From a virus (taxonomy: Duplodnaviria > Caudoviricetes), in IMG/VR virus record IMGVR_UViG_3300025012_000029, positions 32,001 to 96,000 of that record: a stretch of DNA of 64,000 bases; one strand, given 5' to 3'. The notes under the pieces were generated by a model that made no database searches, was not told the DNA's origin, and saw only the letters and a program-made list of their open reading frames with translations. Positions 10,172-20,475 of this stretch are shown here, piece after piece (position 1 is the stretch's first letter; each line of letters opens with the position of its first letter). The translations under genes and the position numbers were made by a program.

Positions 10172-11035
10172 CTACTGATCTTTATTGATTTGAATTTCAG
10201 ATGTGTATTTTAGACAATACACGATGTCGTACTCGTAATTAGTTGCGTATATGCCGTACGAAATACGGTTTATTTCACTTGGCATTTTACTCTTAACTAT
10301 ATTCTTTACGCTACTCAAAATACTTGGATCATTCTTCAAACTTTTTTCAGAGTACCCAAAATAATACACGGCATCGGTGCTTCTGTCAAGATCAAAAAAC
10401 ATTTTTTCTTCATTTTCTTTTGGATCAAGAATGCCAAATGTAGCGATGCGCGCTGCAATGGGTGGAACATGAAATGTATTAAAAACTGGCTTAATTTCTT
10501 GTAACTTACATATTGTGTTGAATGTAGATGCGATTGTATCATTAATTTTTTCATTGTAAGAAAGTAATGGCAAACGTCCAAGACACTTATCAATTTCTTC
10601 ATTAGAAGCTAAATACAACATTTCAAATAAACCAGATCTGGCAGATTCTTGAAAAACACCAAACACCGTTCGTTGTTTGATCGCATTAACTCCAACTATC
10701 ATATCTAATGCTGGCTGAATATATAAAACATATATTTTAAAATTGTTTTGAAGTTGACCTAGTAGGTTGAGCGAACAAAAAGAAAGATTACCTCCCCCTG
10801 AAGTTATTAGCAATAAATTTCCTTTGAGTCCTTTGAAATGTTTTTTAACTGATGGGAACTTTTCATCATAATCTTCAAGATGTTCAAATTTAGGAACTTG
10901 AATGTGTTTGAAATTGTCATAGGAACATTTTTCACAGTCTATCGAAAAAAATTTAGATTTCATTTTCAGTAGCGAAAGAAGATGAGCAATGCGATGCCCC
11001 GTGCCTCCAAGTCCTATGGCAACATCAAAAATCAT
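10172..11035 (-). CDS. divergent tubulin/FtsZ-like protein
   Basis: N-terminal AIGLGGTGHRIA loop; TSGGGNLS where GGGTG[ST]G is expected. Confidence 0.6.
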   Translation of the reverse strand: MIFDVAIGLGGTGHRIAHLLSLLKMKSKFFSIDCEKCSYDNFKHIQVPKFEHLEDYDEKFPSVKKHFKGLKGNLLLITSGGGNLSFCSLNLLGQLQNNFKIYVLYIQPALDMIVGVNAIKQRTVFGVFQESARSGLFEMLYLASNEEIDKCLGRLPLLSYNEKINDTIASTFNTICKLQEIKPVFNTFHVPPIAARIATFGILDPKENEEKMFFDLDRSTDAVYYFGYSEKSLKNDPSILSSVKNIVKSKMPSEINRISYGIYATNYEYDIVYCLKYTSEIQINKDQ

Positions 11036-12224
11036 ATTTGATATAATCCTCCATTTCGCCTAAGTTTCTTCCTATTTTACATGTCACTCTAAAGATTCCA
11101 AATTCTGTATTTCCAAACATTTTAGCAATTGTGTTAACCATTTCTTTCTCTGGAGCGTATAAATCAATAATGACGCTATCATGAAGCAAAGCAACAATTT
11201 TAGATTTATACTTATTGCGGGACATAAACTGATCAATTTCTATGACTTTCCGCGAAAATATATCCCATGTGGTGCTCTGAATTAAATAACTCAAAGCATG
11301 TCGTTCGTCACTTTCAATTTCTCTTCCATATGGATTATGAATTTTATGTCCATCCCAATATTCTGATAAAACATTCTTTTTATTGTATGCTACATCTATT
11401 TTTGGAACTCCAGAAGAAAGATTATTGTCTCCATTATAAAACCACGCAAAAAATTTCTTCTTGACATCTTCTCTACTCAATCCTTGTTCAAAAAATGTCG
11501 AATGCCAATCATGTAAATCAATTTCAGGCTGCTCTTGTTTATTCAAACTAAGGAATGTACGAACTTCGGCTGCGTTGTAATCTATTTCAACAAATAAATG
11601 ATTATTTGGAACCAAATATTTACGCATTTTCTTATCGAGAGTCAGAATAGGAAAAGAATTCTTTTTAGTGGAAAGCCTGCCCGTGATTGTACCAAAATTT
11701 TTGTATTTAATTGTTTTTAAACCATTTTTGAGTTTATTCCTAAATCTTCTAACTCTGTCGTCAAATATATTTTTATCCATTTCAACAAAATCAACATTAA
11801 CAGTTTGTTTAGCTATTTTGGCAATTAATGTCTCCAAATCAACCAGATAATCATAATTTTTTGGACGCTCATAGGAAGAAATAACGTGAGATGTTATTTC
11901 GTTTTTAACGTTGAAGAAATTATGAATAAAATATTCCGGAAGTAAATTATAAAAATTATCTCCTATGTCGGACATTTTTGCTTCTTTGAAAGATTTCTGA
12001 AATGAATGATGTAATTTCTTCAGTCCAATCCATTTGGAATTCAAAAATTCTGGGCAAATATCATCTAATGTTTTACCGCCACAATATAATTGTGCGTACT
12101 CAATATTCAATCCATCAAGCATTGGATTATATGCCCAAGTATGAGTAAGCAAAGAACCATTGGCAGTAGGTTTCAATTGTCCGTCAATGTAAATATTTTT
12201 ACCACCAGCAACTTGAAATAACAT
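11025..12224 (-). CDS. compact family A DNA polymerase-like protein
   Basis: TGRLS, motif A DYNAAEVR, motif B R..K...F...Y, IQST, motif C HDS; only 399 aa. Confidence 0.8.
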   Translation of the reverse strand: MLFQVAGGKNIYIDGQLKPTANGSLLTHTWAYNPMLDGLNIEYAQLYCGGKTLDDICPEFLNSKWIGLKKLHHSFQKSFKEAKMSDIGDNFYNLLPEYFIHNFFNVKNEITSHVISSYERPKNYDYLVDLETLIAKIAKQTVNVDFVEMDKNIFDDRVRRFRNKLKNGLKTIKYKNFGTITGRLSTKKNSFPILTLDKKMRKYLVPNNHLFVEIDYNAAEVRTFLSLNKQEQPEIDLHDWHSTFFEQGLSREDVKKKFFAWFYNGDNNLSSGVPKIDVAYNKKNVLSEYWDGHKIHNPYGREIESDERHALSYLIQSTTWDIFSRKVIEIDQFMSRNKYKSKIVALLHDSVIIDLYAPEKEMVNTIAKMFGNTEFGIFRVTCKIGRNLGEMEDYIKYDF

Positions 12225-12232
12225 TCAAACCC

Positions 12233-13438
12233 CTAGAATGAAAAATCAGTATGTTTTGATATAGTACCAGATATCTTTTCGCGTGAAAATTCTATTTTTT
12301 CATCAACGCTAAAAAGATGGGATTTGTTCAGATGTCTTTCAACATATTCTAATGCTTTTACTTTGTCAAGATTTTTTAAGATTTCTTGCGCATTTAACAC
12401 TAATCTATCAAAATTTCCTTGAGACAAAGACGTTCCGGTTTCACGACATCTAATATAACAATGCAGTTTTATCCAAAATAAATCATCAAATTGATCAGGC
12501 TTGATTGTTTTTCTTTCTAATCGTTCTGTTATTATTCTAGTTGTGGCAGATTGTTTAGTAATTTCAACAAATGGTTCTGCCGATACGAAAGAATTATAAA
12601 ACTCCGAAACATAGACTTTCAAAACATCAAGTTCTGTTCTTTGGGATTCATAATAAAAATTTCCAAACAAGTTCTTTGCAGAAATGCCATATTTTTCCAT
12701 ATAAGGAACCATGGCAGGCGATGCGATATCAGCAACTAATCTCCATGGAGCGTTTTTATCTATCATAAAGCCGTGTTGTCTAGCAACCTTTGTATAGAAT
12801 TCAAAATTCTTATCTAATATGAAATTTTCATATTTCTTTTGATCAATCGCGTGATTAGTATTCCGTAACTGTATCACTAATCCGGTGCTTTCCATAGAAC
12901 AAAATTTTGTAGTAATAAATGCCGTTCTAGTGAACGGATAGGCAGGATTTAAAATATCGATATATTCTAAAAAGACTTTGAGAAAACTATTGAAATCTAA
13001 TATCTTTATATCTCTACTAAATTCTTTAACAAAAGTATCTCTAAAAACTTCAAAAAGAACTGCGACGTGAGATTGATAAATGGAATGAACGCTTTCCCAG
13101 GCCACTTTTGGTTCCACATCTTCAAATTCGCTTTCATTAACATCTATTTTTGCTTGTTTTTTTGATCTTTCGAAAAAAGTTCTAAAATCACTAAAGGCAT
13201 CAACAACAAAATTTAATGCCATTAATATCTTTTTTTCTTTTACTTTTATTTGTTTTAGAGCAGCTTCTGATACAAATACAGCTCTATCAAGAGAGTTGAG
13301 TTTCCCATACAAAGGTTTCCCATACCACAGATCTATTGGAATCGGTAATGAATCGGGATATATTTTATCTTTGTATAAGGTTCGTTGTGTAAAGATGCCC
13401 AAGGAGTTGAGGACATTGTTTCCTCTTGGAATTGACAT
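12233..13438 (-). CDS. hypothetical protein (401 aa), probably virion/baseplate
   Basis: Long ORF at the end of the baseplate cluster; no motif recognised. Confidence 0.5.
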   Translation of the reverse strand: MSIPRGNNVLNSLGIFTQRTLYKDKIYPDSLPIPIDLWYGKPLYGKLNSLDRAVFVSEAALKQIKVKEKKILMALNFVVDAFSDFRTFFERSKKQAKIDVNESEFEDVEPKVAWESVHSIYQSHVAVLFEVFRDTFVKEFSRDIKILDFNSFLKVFLEYIDILNPAYPFTRTAFITTKFCSMESTGLVIQLRNTNHAIDQKKYENFILDKNFEFYTKVARQHGFMIDKNAPWRLVADIASPAMVPYMEKYGISAKNLFGNFYYESQRTELDVLKVYVSEFYNSFVSAEPFVEITKQSATTRIITERLERKTIKPDQFDDLFWIKLHCYIRCRETGTSLSQGNFDRLVLNAQEILKNLDKVKALEYVERHLNKSHLFSVDEKIEFSREKISGTISKHTDFSF

Positions 13439-13448
13439 ATTCTAACTA

Positions 13449-15914
13449 TCATGGTAAAACATTATTAGAGTCTATTGGCACTGACTCGTCTGGGGATGTT
13501 CCTGCTACAGTTGTATGTCCGGACGTATCCAATTCAGCATCTCCAAATGCCTCAAAATTAGCATCTACATTTGTTTCAAATTTTCCTGCCTCTATCTTTG
13601 AAAAAACTTTAGTGATAGTATAGTATCCTCCAATTGGAATTGCTTCCCTCTTCGGAATTCCTTCAGGGAATCCAACCGAAGCAGGATCAACATATATCAT
13701 CATTCCCGGTTTAAAATGAGGAGTTCCTATTAAATTCAACTTAGCATTATACGGTTCACTAAAAAACGCATCACCCTTCTTAACTTGATCTGAATTTACA
13801 ATTCTACTTTCCGCAATATACTGCATATTGACTTTTTCAAACTCTATATTTTTTACCAATCCTCTATCGGCACCAATATAAAAATGAGGAATACCATAAT
13901 TCTTTAGATCATCTTCTCTATTCCCTCTTAGCCGACGAGAAGGAAGTCCACTAATATACAGCATCAAATACTGAAACGTGTTTTCTGGTTTAATATGGAA
14001 TGACTTTAAATTGTTCTGTTCGATTTTTTCAATATCTACTCTATTGTTACCTCTTATTTCCTGTGATCTATGAAGAGGATTGGCTCCATCTTTTCTCAAA
14101 CTAAAAACGGAGAAACTTACTTTATTACGTTTTGCTTTAGAAAATGTTCCCATTCCGGAAGGAGATAGGGCTTTAACAATTAACTCCGAACATATATCAC
14201 GAAGAAAATCTCTTAGGAGATATTTTTCCTTTGCCGGTTCTATAACTTTTTTGAGAAACCATATATTAAATAAATTAAGAGAAATTGGAATATCACATAA
14301 AGAAACTGTAGCAGGTTCATCTTTATCAAAATCGTGTATTTCTGCTGTTCCAAGTAAAAATCTAAAATTCTCAATACTAGCTCTTTTATATGCTGTAATT
14401 GCGGGATCGATATTGTGTTGTGGTTCGTCAACTAATCTATAAAGAGACTGTAAAGCAGCATCCACTAAATCTCCAAAATAAACAAAATTTATTCTATGTG
14501 TCTTAGATGACTGAGGTACTGATGCTTCAGAAAATTTCTTTTTCGGTTCTTCCAAAGCTTTGGCATTATCTTCCTTACTTTTTCCAACAACACCACCCGC
14601 AATATCATCAGATTTAAGAAAAGCTGAATCAATTGTGCTCTGGTTTGCGCCAAGTGCAGACGCTTTAACGGCTTTAAATTGTTGCCTATAGTTTTTGTAT
14701 GTTTCAATTTTTTCTCTTTGAAGTTCGGCTGGTTCCAGATCTGGATCAAATTCTTTACTTTTCAACTCATTAAATCTTTGAACATCTGCTTCATCAACAT
14801 CAATAGCAAATAATCTAGAACGACTTTGAATGAGTCGTAATAAATTACTGTAGCTTTGAAGTTTATTTTCTCTTACGATAGAATCTCTCGATTCGGTATC
14901 TTCAGCAACCTGTTTTTCAACTCTTTCTTGTTGTTCTTGTAATTCTTTAACGTCGTGTGAGTCAGTCAATCGATTTTTTTGTTCACGTTCCAAGCGATTT
15001 TTTGTGTATTTGAGTAATGATTTCTTTCTTTTTAGTGAATTTTTGATATTATTTAATCGAGTTTCAAAATCACTACCAACATACAAAATGTCAGTTTCTG
15101 GTGAAAGCATTTTACCCTCAATAGCGCCAATGTAGTTAGCAGTAATAACAACCGTACCTTCCTGGCTTATTTTGATATTATGGCTAACTAACGTAAGCGA
15201 AAGAGTAATGAATGAATTTTCTAATGCTTCTAGCATTTCTTTATTTATAATAGGATTGCTTCCATTTTCTTTTGGCACCTGCCATCCTATCTGCGCTTTT
15301 ATTCTAAAAGAAGCATCATTAAATAAAGTTTGAATACTTCCATTTGAGGCATTATCTTCTCGACTGCTTGGAGAAAATCTGATTAAATCAGCATACGATG
15401 CGTCTGGATCAAATTTTCTGTAAATATCTCTTATTGAAGCAAACACCATTACTAAAGTTGTTGAAAAAGCCTTGCCAGTTTCGCCGGGGTTTTGTCCAGT
15501 ATCCTCCCACTCACAACTTTTTAAACCAATTCCAGCACCTTTTCCTTTGTTGGATTTAAGAACATTTTCAAGCTCCCTATTATCTAATGTTTCATTGAAA
15601 GGAATTTCAACATCAGTTTCTTTCCCGCTTTTATTTATAATTGTCTTAAACAATCTCAATCTGGGATGTAATAAAGAAAGTTGCGCAGGAGTTATAGAAA
15701 AAAAAGCATCAACTCCGGTCCCTAAGAGCTTACTCAATAAGATGGAAGGATGTCCAATTAGCTGGACAAAGTTTTTATAATTCTTATTTAAGTTGGATTT
15801 AATGAGTGATTCATGTTGATAAAGAAGATATGCTTGCTCATTAAATTTTTCTTCCGTAACAGCATCTTTATTGGAGCTTTCAACTGTCGCATTATCATTC
15901 TTTGTGTCAGACAT
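13449..15914 (-). CDS. baseplate hub-like protein (gp27/gpD-type C-terminus)
   Basis: C-terminal LNLIGTPHFKPGMMIYVD...GGYYTITKV; follows TMP and LysM-type genes. Confidence 0.6.
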   Translation of the reverse strand: MSDTKNDNATVESSNKDAVTEEKFNEQAYLLYQHESLIKSNLNKNYKNFVQLIGHPSILLSKLLGTGVDAFFSITPAQLSLLHPRLRLFKTIINKSGKETDVEIPFNETLDNRELENVLKSNKGKGAGIGLKSCEWEDTGQNPGETGKAFSTTLVMVFASIRDIYRKFDPDASYADLIRFSPSSREDNASNGSIQTLFNDASFRIKAQIGWQVPKENGSNPIINKEMLEALENSFITLSLTLVSHNIKISQEGTVVITANYIGAIEGKMLSPETDILYVGSDFETRLNNIKNSLKRKKSLLKYTKNRLEREQKNRLTDSHDVKELQEQQERVEKQVAEDTESRDSIVRENKLQSYSNLLRLIQSRSRLFAIDVDEADVQRFNELKSKEFDPDLEPAELQREKIETYKNYRQQFKAVKASALGANQSTIDSAFLKSDDIAGGVVGKSKEDNAKALEEPKKKFSEASVPQSSKTHRINFVYFGDLVDAALQSLYRLVDEPQHNIDPAITAYKRASIENFRFLLGTAEIHDFDKDEPATVSLCDIPISLNLFNIWFLKKVIEPAKEKYLLRDFLRDICSELIVKALSPSGMGTFSKAKRNKVSFSVFSLRKDGANPLHRSQEIRGNNRVDIEKIEQNNLKSFHIKPENTFQYLMLYISGLPSRRLRGNREDDLKNYGIPHFYIGADRGLVKNIEFEKVNMQYIAESRIVNSDQVKKGDAFFSEPYNAKLNLIGTPHFKPGMMIYVDPASVGFPEGIPKREAIPIGGYYTITKVFSKIEAGKFETNVDANFEAFGDAELDTSGHTTVAGTSPDESVPIDSNNVLP

Positions 15915-15917
15915 ATA

Positions 15918-16256
15918 TTAAATGTTTAGAAATTTTAGAACCAGTTCCAAAGGCAAGGGAATATCTATTACATTTCCTATTTCCAGATGCGCATCGGTTG
16001 GCTTTTGATTATAGTGGGCAATTATCCACCAGAGTTTTGAATCATTATAGTATCGACTTGCCAATTTAAAATATCTATCACCAACTCTCCATTCGTGTCG
16101 TATTATTTGAAGCTGCGCAATTTCCTCATTTGTTGGATGTCTCAAATTTGGTGTGAAATATTGTCGTATTTGCTTAATAGCGCGAGCGTCAAACAGCTCT
16201 TCGTACTGAGTTGTTTGATTAATGCCAATTTTTCTGCCATCATATCGAGAAACCAT
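15918..16256 (-). CDS. LysM/gpX-like baseplate protein
   Basis: GDRYFKLASRYYNDSKLWWIIAHYN...GNVIDIP pattern. Confidence 0.75.
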   Translation of the reverse strand: MVSRYDGRKIGINQTTQYEELFDARAIKQIRQYFTPNLRHPTNEEIAQLQIIRHEWRVGDRYFKLASRYYNDSKLWWIIAHYNQKPTDAHLEIGNVIDIPLPLELVLKFLNI

Positions 16257-16268
16257 TTATTAACTTCC

Positions 16269-17069
16269 TTATATCAAAGTACCTTTGTTTTTTAGTATCA
16301 CATTTTCAATTGACTTACTTGTTCGTTCTTCAGGCATGGACGAATCCGTAATTGCGTCATTTTCAGAAATATTTCTTCTAGTCTGAATAACTGTTGGTGC
16401 AGGTGTAGGAATTTCTGTGTTAACGTCCGTCGAATATGGAAATTTATTAAAATCCGTTCTATGATTTCCATCTTCATCCCATCCCAAAGCATTTTGATGA
16501 AGCACTTTAAAATTACAAGAGAATTTAACAAGCTTAGGAAACAATGCCAGAGGACTAGCAACATCAAAAACACCCACTTCAAAGTCAGGCTCATAATTAA
16601 ATCCATCAACATATCCCAATAAACCCGAATCTGCTGCCAGTGAACCAGCGCTTATATGGTTAGCTGCTAAATTCATAAATTTCATCTTAAAAACAGGTGC
16701 TGAGTTGATTAAATTAACATTTGTACCAACACCAATACTTTTATATGATGGATAAAGCATAGACATTAATAAAGAACTTTTTCTCAAATTTTCTTGAGCT
16801 TCTTCAAATGATGCCGCTGGAACATCCCACGCAATCGCAATCGTTCTTCTGGTTCGCTTGAATGTTGGAATTGGATCCATACGTCCATACGCATCCTCTT
16901 CGTTCCACTCAGATTGATATCCGTCAGAAAATTTAGTTATGAATGCTTTAAATAAAACAGATTTGCCAGAAGGAAGATGAAAAAATTCCAAATGTTGAAC
17001 ATTGGCTAGTCCATCAGTATAGTCACTAATGCCGCCATACCTGAATTGATTTTCTGTCTCTCTTGGCAT
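16269..17069 (-). CDS. baseplate/tube-initiator-like protein
   Basis: YGRMDPI...RTIAIAW pattern; lies directly downstream of TMP. Confidence 0.6.
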   Translation of the reverse strand: MPRETENQFRYGGISDYTDGLANVQHLEFFHLPSGKSVLFKAFITKFSDGYQSEWNEEDAYGRMDPIPTFKRTRRTIAIAWDVPAASFEEAQENLRKSSLLMSMLYPSYKSIGVGTNVNLINSAPVFKMKFMNLAANHISAGSLAADSGLLGYVDGFNYEPDFEVGVFDVASPLALFPKLVKFSCNFKVLHQNALGWDEDGNHRTDFNKFPYSTDVNTEIPTPAPTVIQTRRNISENDAITDSSMPEERTSKSIENVILKNKGTLI

Positions 17070-17073
17070 AAAT

Positions 17074-17169
17074 CTATATCCCTACCCAAATTTTATTTCT
17101 TATTATGGCACTAATATTTACTTGGCACACTCCATACATATTAGCCAATTCTGTTTGTGTAATGTTCAT
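17074..17169 (-). pseudogene. 31-codon HTH remnant of a homing endonuclease
   Basis: MNITQTELANMYGVCQVNISAIIRNKIWVGI resembles the C-terminal HTH of HNH/GIY-YIG enzymes. Confidence 0.6.
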
Positions 17170-17174
17170 GTCAT

Positions 17175-20132
17175 TTAAACCATATTCAATTTCATGTTTC
17201 TGTCAAAAACATTAATTACGGCACGACCAAATTCTCTACCATCTATTTGTAATATGACTGGAACCTGTGAAAAGGAGCCTTGTTTATTGCTACCAACCAT
17301 TTCAGATTGTTTTGTTTCAGAAATCTTTTTAACTATCTCTTCTTGTCTTGATAAATGTTCTACTCTGGCAGTTTGCAAACCAGATGCTGTTGCAGCAAGA
17401 CTACGAGCTGGCTCATTGACCATTGCAGCACCAATTGGTGCAGCAAGACTACGAGCTGGCTCATTGACCATTGCAGCACCAACTGCAGTTGTTTTTTGGA
17501 TGACATTTATTGTCTTATCTATTTCTTCATTTGAAAGAGCACCAATAGATTTTATAGAAGCACCTAGAGTTTTAAATGCTTCTGCAACACTCAAAATATT
17601 ATCTCCATTCATTCTTTCTATTGATGCTGTCATGCTAGCCAATGCTTGCAAGTCTGATGTTTTTACCAAAAGCAGAGCACCACTTAAAGCAAGAATTCCG
17701 AGCGTAAGAGCACCAAATGCCATTGCAATAAATGGAAATCCAATTGAAGACATAGCAAGTGCACCCATAGCAAACGATAGACTCGTTATTCCCAAAGCAA
17801 CGGAAGGAATTGCATCAATGTTATCAACAATTGTCTGGATGAGAAAAGTAAATGCTTTTACAAACAAAGCCATTCCACTTGCTGCAAGTGCCACACCAGC
17901 ACCAATCATTAAAAATGATAAACCAAATGCTAGCAACGGAATAGCTGCTGCTGCACCAGCACTTACCATAATTGCAGCTAGTGCTATTAATGTTAATGAA
18001 AATACACCCAACGCAGCAACTACACCCCAGATTTGTTCTGGTTTGAGTTCAACGAAAGCACCAACAAATTGTGCCATACCTAATGCTGCAATTGCAATAC
18101 CAGCCCCAACCATAAGAAACGCAAAACCAAATGCTAAAATAACTGGAACTGCAGCTTTACCTTTTTTACCTATATCTGCTAAAGCATTTGCTATTCCACC
18201 AGAACTTTTTGCTGATGTTGCTGCAGCTACAGAATGTGCTTTTTCAGCAGCGGCTAGTGAATTTGTTGCAACCGTTTCTGCTACTTTTTTCCCTGTCACA
18301 AAAGTTGTTATGGCAGCATATGCAGCCTTGAGATTTGTGCCGGCTGCCATAATTACATTCCATGCAAGTTTAGCTTTGGATAAAGCATATATTGCTCCAG
18401 TAATTCCAATCAGCGCGGGTCCTAAAACACCACGAGCCATATCATTTAATTTTAGAAACTTTTCTATTACCCATGTTATCGCATTTAATAGCGGCATAGC
18501 AGCTCCAGACAAACTTTCTATTATTTTTGTTAGTTTTTCTTGAGCACTTGTCGCGCTTTGAGCATATTTTGTAATTGTTTGAGTAGACAAAGCATAAGCG
18601 TCAGCAGATTCTTTAGCTTCTTCAAAAGATTCAGCCGAAGTTCCGAAAAGTCTGCTAGCTTCGTCCATATCTTTGATACCGGCAGCAGAAGCAATTGCCA
18701 TTCTTTCAAATTTGCCCAACTCATTAAAATTTCTTCCAGAAAGAGAGATTGAGTCCCTGAGCATATCAATTCTTTCAGACTCTGATGCGCTCAATAAATC
18801 TACAGAGTTCAATAAATTTCCACCTAGCATGGCATTTAATTTTCCAGCGGCAGTGGCGGCGCCTTCAAAAGTGTCAAATTGTTGAGAAATTCCTATTAAG
18901 CTTTGAACAGAAATGCCTGTAGCTTTAGATTGAGCTGCCAATTCTTTGAATATTTGAATAGATTGTTTTCCATATTGCGCTAATTGAGGTATTGAAGACG
19001 TAAATTGATCCGCCAACATACCAGGGCTCAATCCCAATTCAGTGGCAGTAGCAGCAATTTCTTTTTGAGCATTAACAGCTTCATCAATATTCATTCCTAA
19101 TGATTTTGTGGATATATCTAAATTTTTTGCTGTGCTTTGTGACGATATACCCATTCGGTCTAACATTGCTGTTGTTTTTGAAAGTTCAATTTGAGATTCT
19201 TTGCTCATTTGGTTGAAGCTTGATAGATTCGTAAATAATGCTTCAACTGCTTCTGCTGATTCTTGAAGTCCAACGCCAGCAGACAATGAACCAAAGCGAA
19301 CATCATCTATGACATCATTAAATTTACCACCTGCCCCTGTAGTCTTGTTGAATGAAGCTAAAGTTGAATCCATTTGAAAAGCTACATCACGAGTAGCAGT
19401 CCAAACATGATCGAAAGCATTAGAAAACAAATTTGTTGGATTAACAAAATCTTTAATTGTTTTTCCAACATTTGAAAGAGTTAAACCTATGCTTTGAAAA
19501 GATGATAAAGTCTGTTCTGCTTGGCCAAGCCAGGTTTCATTTTTATCTGCTGTTAATCCTAGAGATTGAATTATTCCTTTAAAAGAATCTAACTGAAGAT
19601 CAGTTATATTGGCTTCTTTTTCTCTTGTCTCTAGTTCTTCTTCACGAGCAACAGATATTTCTTCAGTTAATTTTAAAAGTCTAGTAAGGTTGCCATGTTC
19701 CCTTGCGTCTAAAACTTCCTGCTTTTCAAGTTCCTTAATTCTATCTTTGATAGAATCTCTTAATTTTAAAGCACTTTTTAATTCAGCAGCCGATTGTTCA
19801 ACAAGGGCTTTTTTTTTAACTCTTTGCTCTTCTGTAGCGGTTGCACTTAATCTTTCAAATTTAGCTGTTTTTTTCTGTATATCTTCTAAGTCTTCTTCAA
19901 TAGCTATTTGATCACGCAGTTCCTTAGTTTTACCTCTAAGTGATTCTAAGTGTTCTTTGGCATTTTTAACTTGAGACTCGCCAAAGTCAACGGCTTTTTC
20001 TCCTAAATCATTTGTTTCTTTTAAATGTTGCTTAATGAGTTTGAGAATTTCTTCTCTGGCTTGTTCATCGGATAAAACCTGTTTGAGAATATTTTGATAT
20101 TCTTTTAATTGTTCTGGAGTTAAATTAGCCAT
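17175..20132 (-). CDS. tape measure protein
   Basis: 985 aa; coiled-coil N-terminus, Ala/Gly-rich hydrophobic repeats, C-terminal LQIDGREFG; follows tube and chaperone genes. Confidence 0.9.
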   Translation of the reverse strand: MANLTPEQLKEYQNILKQVLSDEQAREEILKLIKQHLKETNDLGEKAVDFGESQVKNAKEHLESLRGKTKELRDQIAIEEDLEDIQKKTAKFERLSATATEEQRVKKKALVEQSAAELKSALKLRDSIKDRIKELEKQEVLDAREHGNLTRLLKLTEEISVAREEELETREKEANITDLQLDSFKGIIQSLGLTADKNETWLGQAEQTLSSFQSIGLTLSNVGKTIKDFVNPTNLFSNAFDHVWTATRDVAFQMDSTLASFNKTTGAGGKFNDVIDDVRFGSLSAGVGLQESAEAVEALFTNLSSFNQMSKESQIELSKTTAMLDRMGISSQSTAKNLDISTKSLGMNIDEAVNAQKEIAATATELGLSPGMLADQFTSSIPQLAQYGKQSIQIFKELAAQSKATGISVQSLIGISQQFDTFEGAATAAGKLNAMLGGNLLNSVDLLSASESERIDMLRDSISLSGRNFNELGKFERMAIASAAGIKDMDEASRLFGTSAESFEEAKESADAYALSTQTITKYAQSATSAQEKLTKIIESLSGAAMPLLNAITWVIEKFLKLNDMARGVLGPALIGITGAIYALSKAKLAWNVIMAAGTNLKAAYAAITTFVTGKKVAETVATNSLAAAEKAHSVAAATSAKSSGGIANALADIGKKGKAAVPVILAFGFAFLMVGAGIAIAALGMAQFVGAFVELKPEQIWGVVAALGVFSLTLIALAAIMVSAGAAAAIPLLAFGLSFLMIGAGVALAASGMALFVKAFTFLIQTIVDNIDAIPSVALGITSLSFAMGALAMSSIGFPFIAMAFGALTLGILALSGALLLVKTSDLQALASMTASIERMNGDNILSVAEAFKTLGASIKSIGALSNEEIDKTINVIQKTTAVGAAMVNEPARSLAAPIGAAMVNEPARSLAATASGLQTARVEHLSRQEEIVKKISETKQSEMVGSNKQGSFSQVPVILQIDGREFGRAVINVFDRNMKLNMV
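17391..17482. repeat. perfect 44-bp direct repeat with 48-nt period inside TMP
   Basis: TGCAGCAAGACTACGAGCTGGCTCATTGACCATTGCAGCACCAA at 17391 and 17439; GAAMVNEPARSLAA appears twice. Confidence 0.95.
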
Positions 20133-20136
20133 TCAA

Positions 20137-20463
20137 TTACCTCAGTGGCCACTTTATACCTGTTGCTCTCTCGAATTCTGAAATAGATTTATTTAGTTTT
20201 AATTTATTTCTATATGTTGATGGGTTATTTAACCCTAATTCTCTAAAAGAGTCCATATATCGCTTTTCTTTGCCAAGAACATCAGCAAAAGATGCTATTT
20301 GACTTTTATTTCCTTTGACAGAAAGGGGAATATTATAATTTCCAAACATTGCTTTTAGAATGCTTTGAATATAATTTCCAAACATTCTATACCAAAAAAC
20401 TTCATTCAGAGTTTTTTTTTGAGAAGATAAATCAATTACAATAGACTTTTCCATTAGACACAT
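20137..20463 (-). CDS. hypothetical protein between chaperone and TMP
   Basis: GAGGG SD; ACTACTTA motif upstream. Confidence 0.65.
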   Translation of the reverse strand: MCLMEKSIVIDLSSQKKTLNEVFWYRMFGNYIQSILKAMFGNYNIPLSVKGNKSQIASFADVLGKEKRYMDSFRELGLNNPSTYRNKLKLNKSISEFERATGIKWPLR

Positions 20464-20475
20464 GCCCTCTGTGAA

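Noticed and set aside
17194-18543. 449-aa plus-strand ORF antisense to the tape measure gene
   Set aside because: Shadow of Ala/Gly-rich codons that lack antisense stops; no SD or motifs. The same applies to the other plus-strand ORFs in the track.
20334-20386. 17-nt direct repeat giving MFGNY twice
   Set aside because: Only two copies in one small ORF; not CRISPR-like; likely an old micro-duplication.
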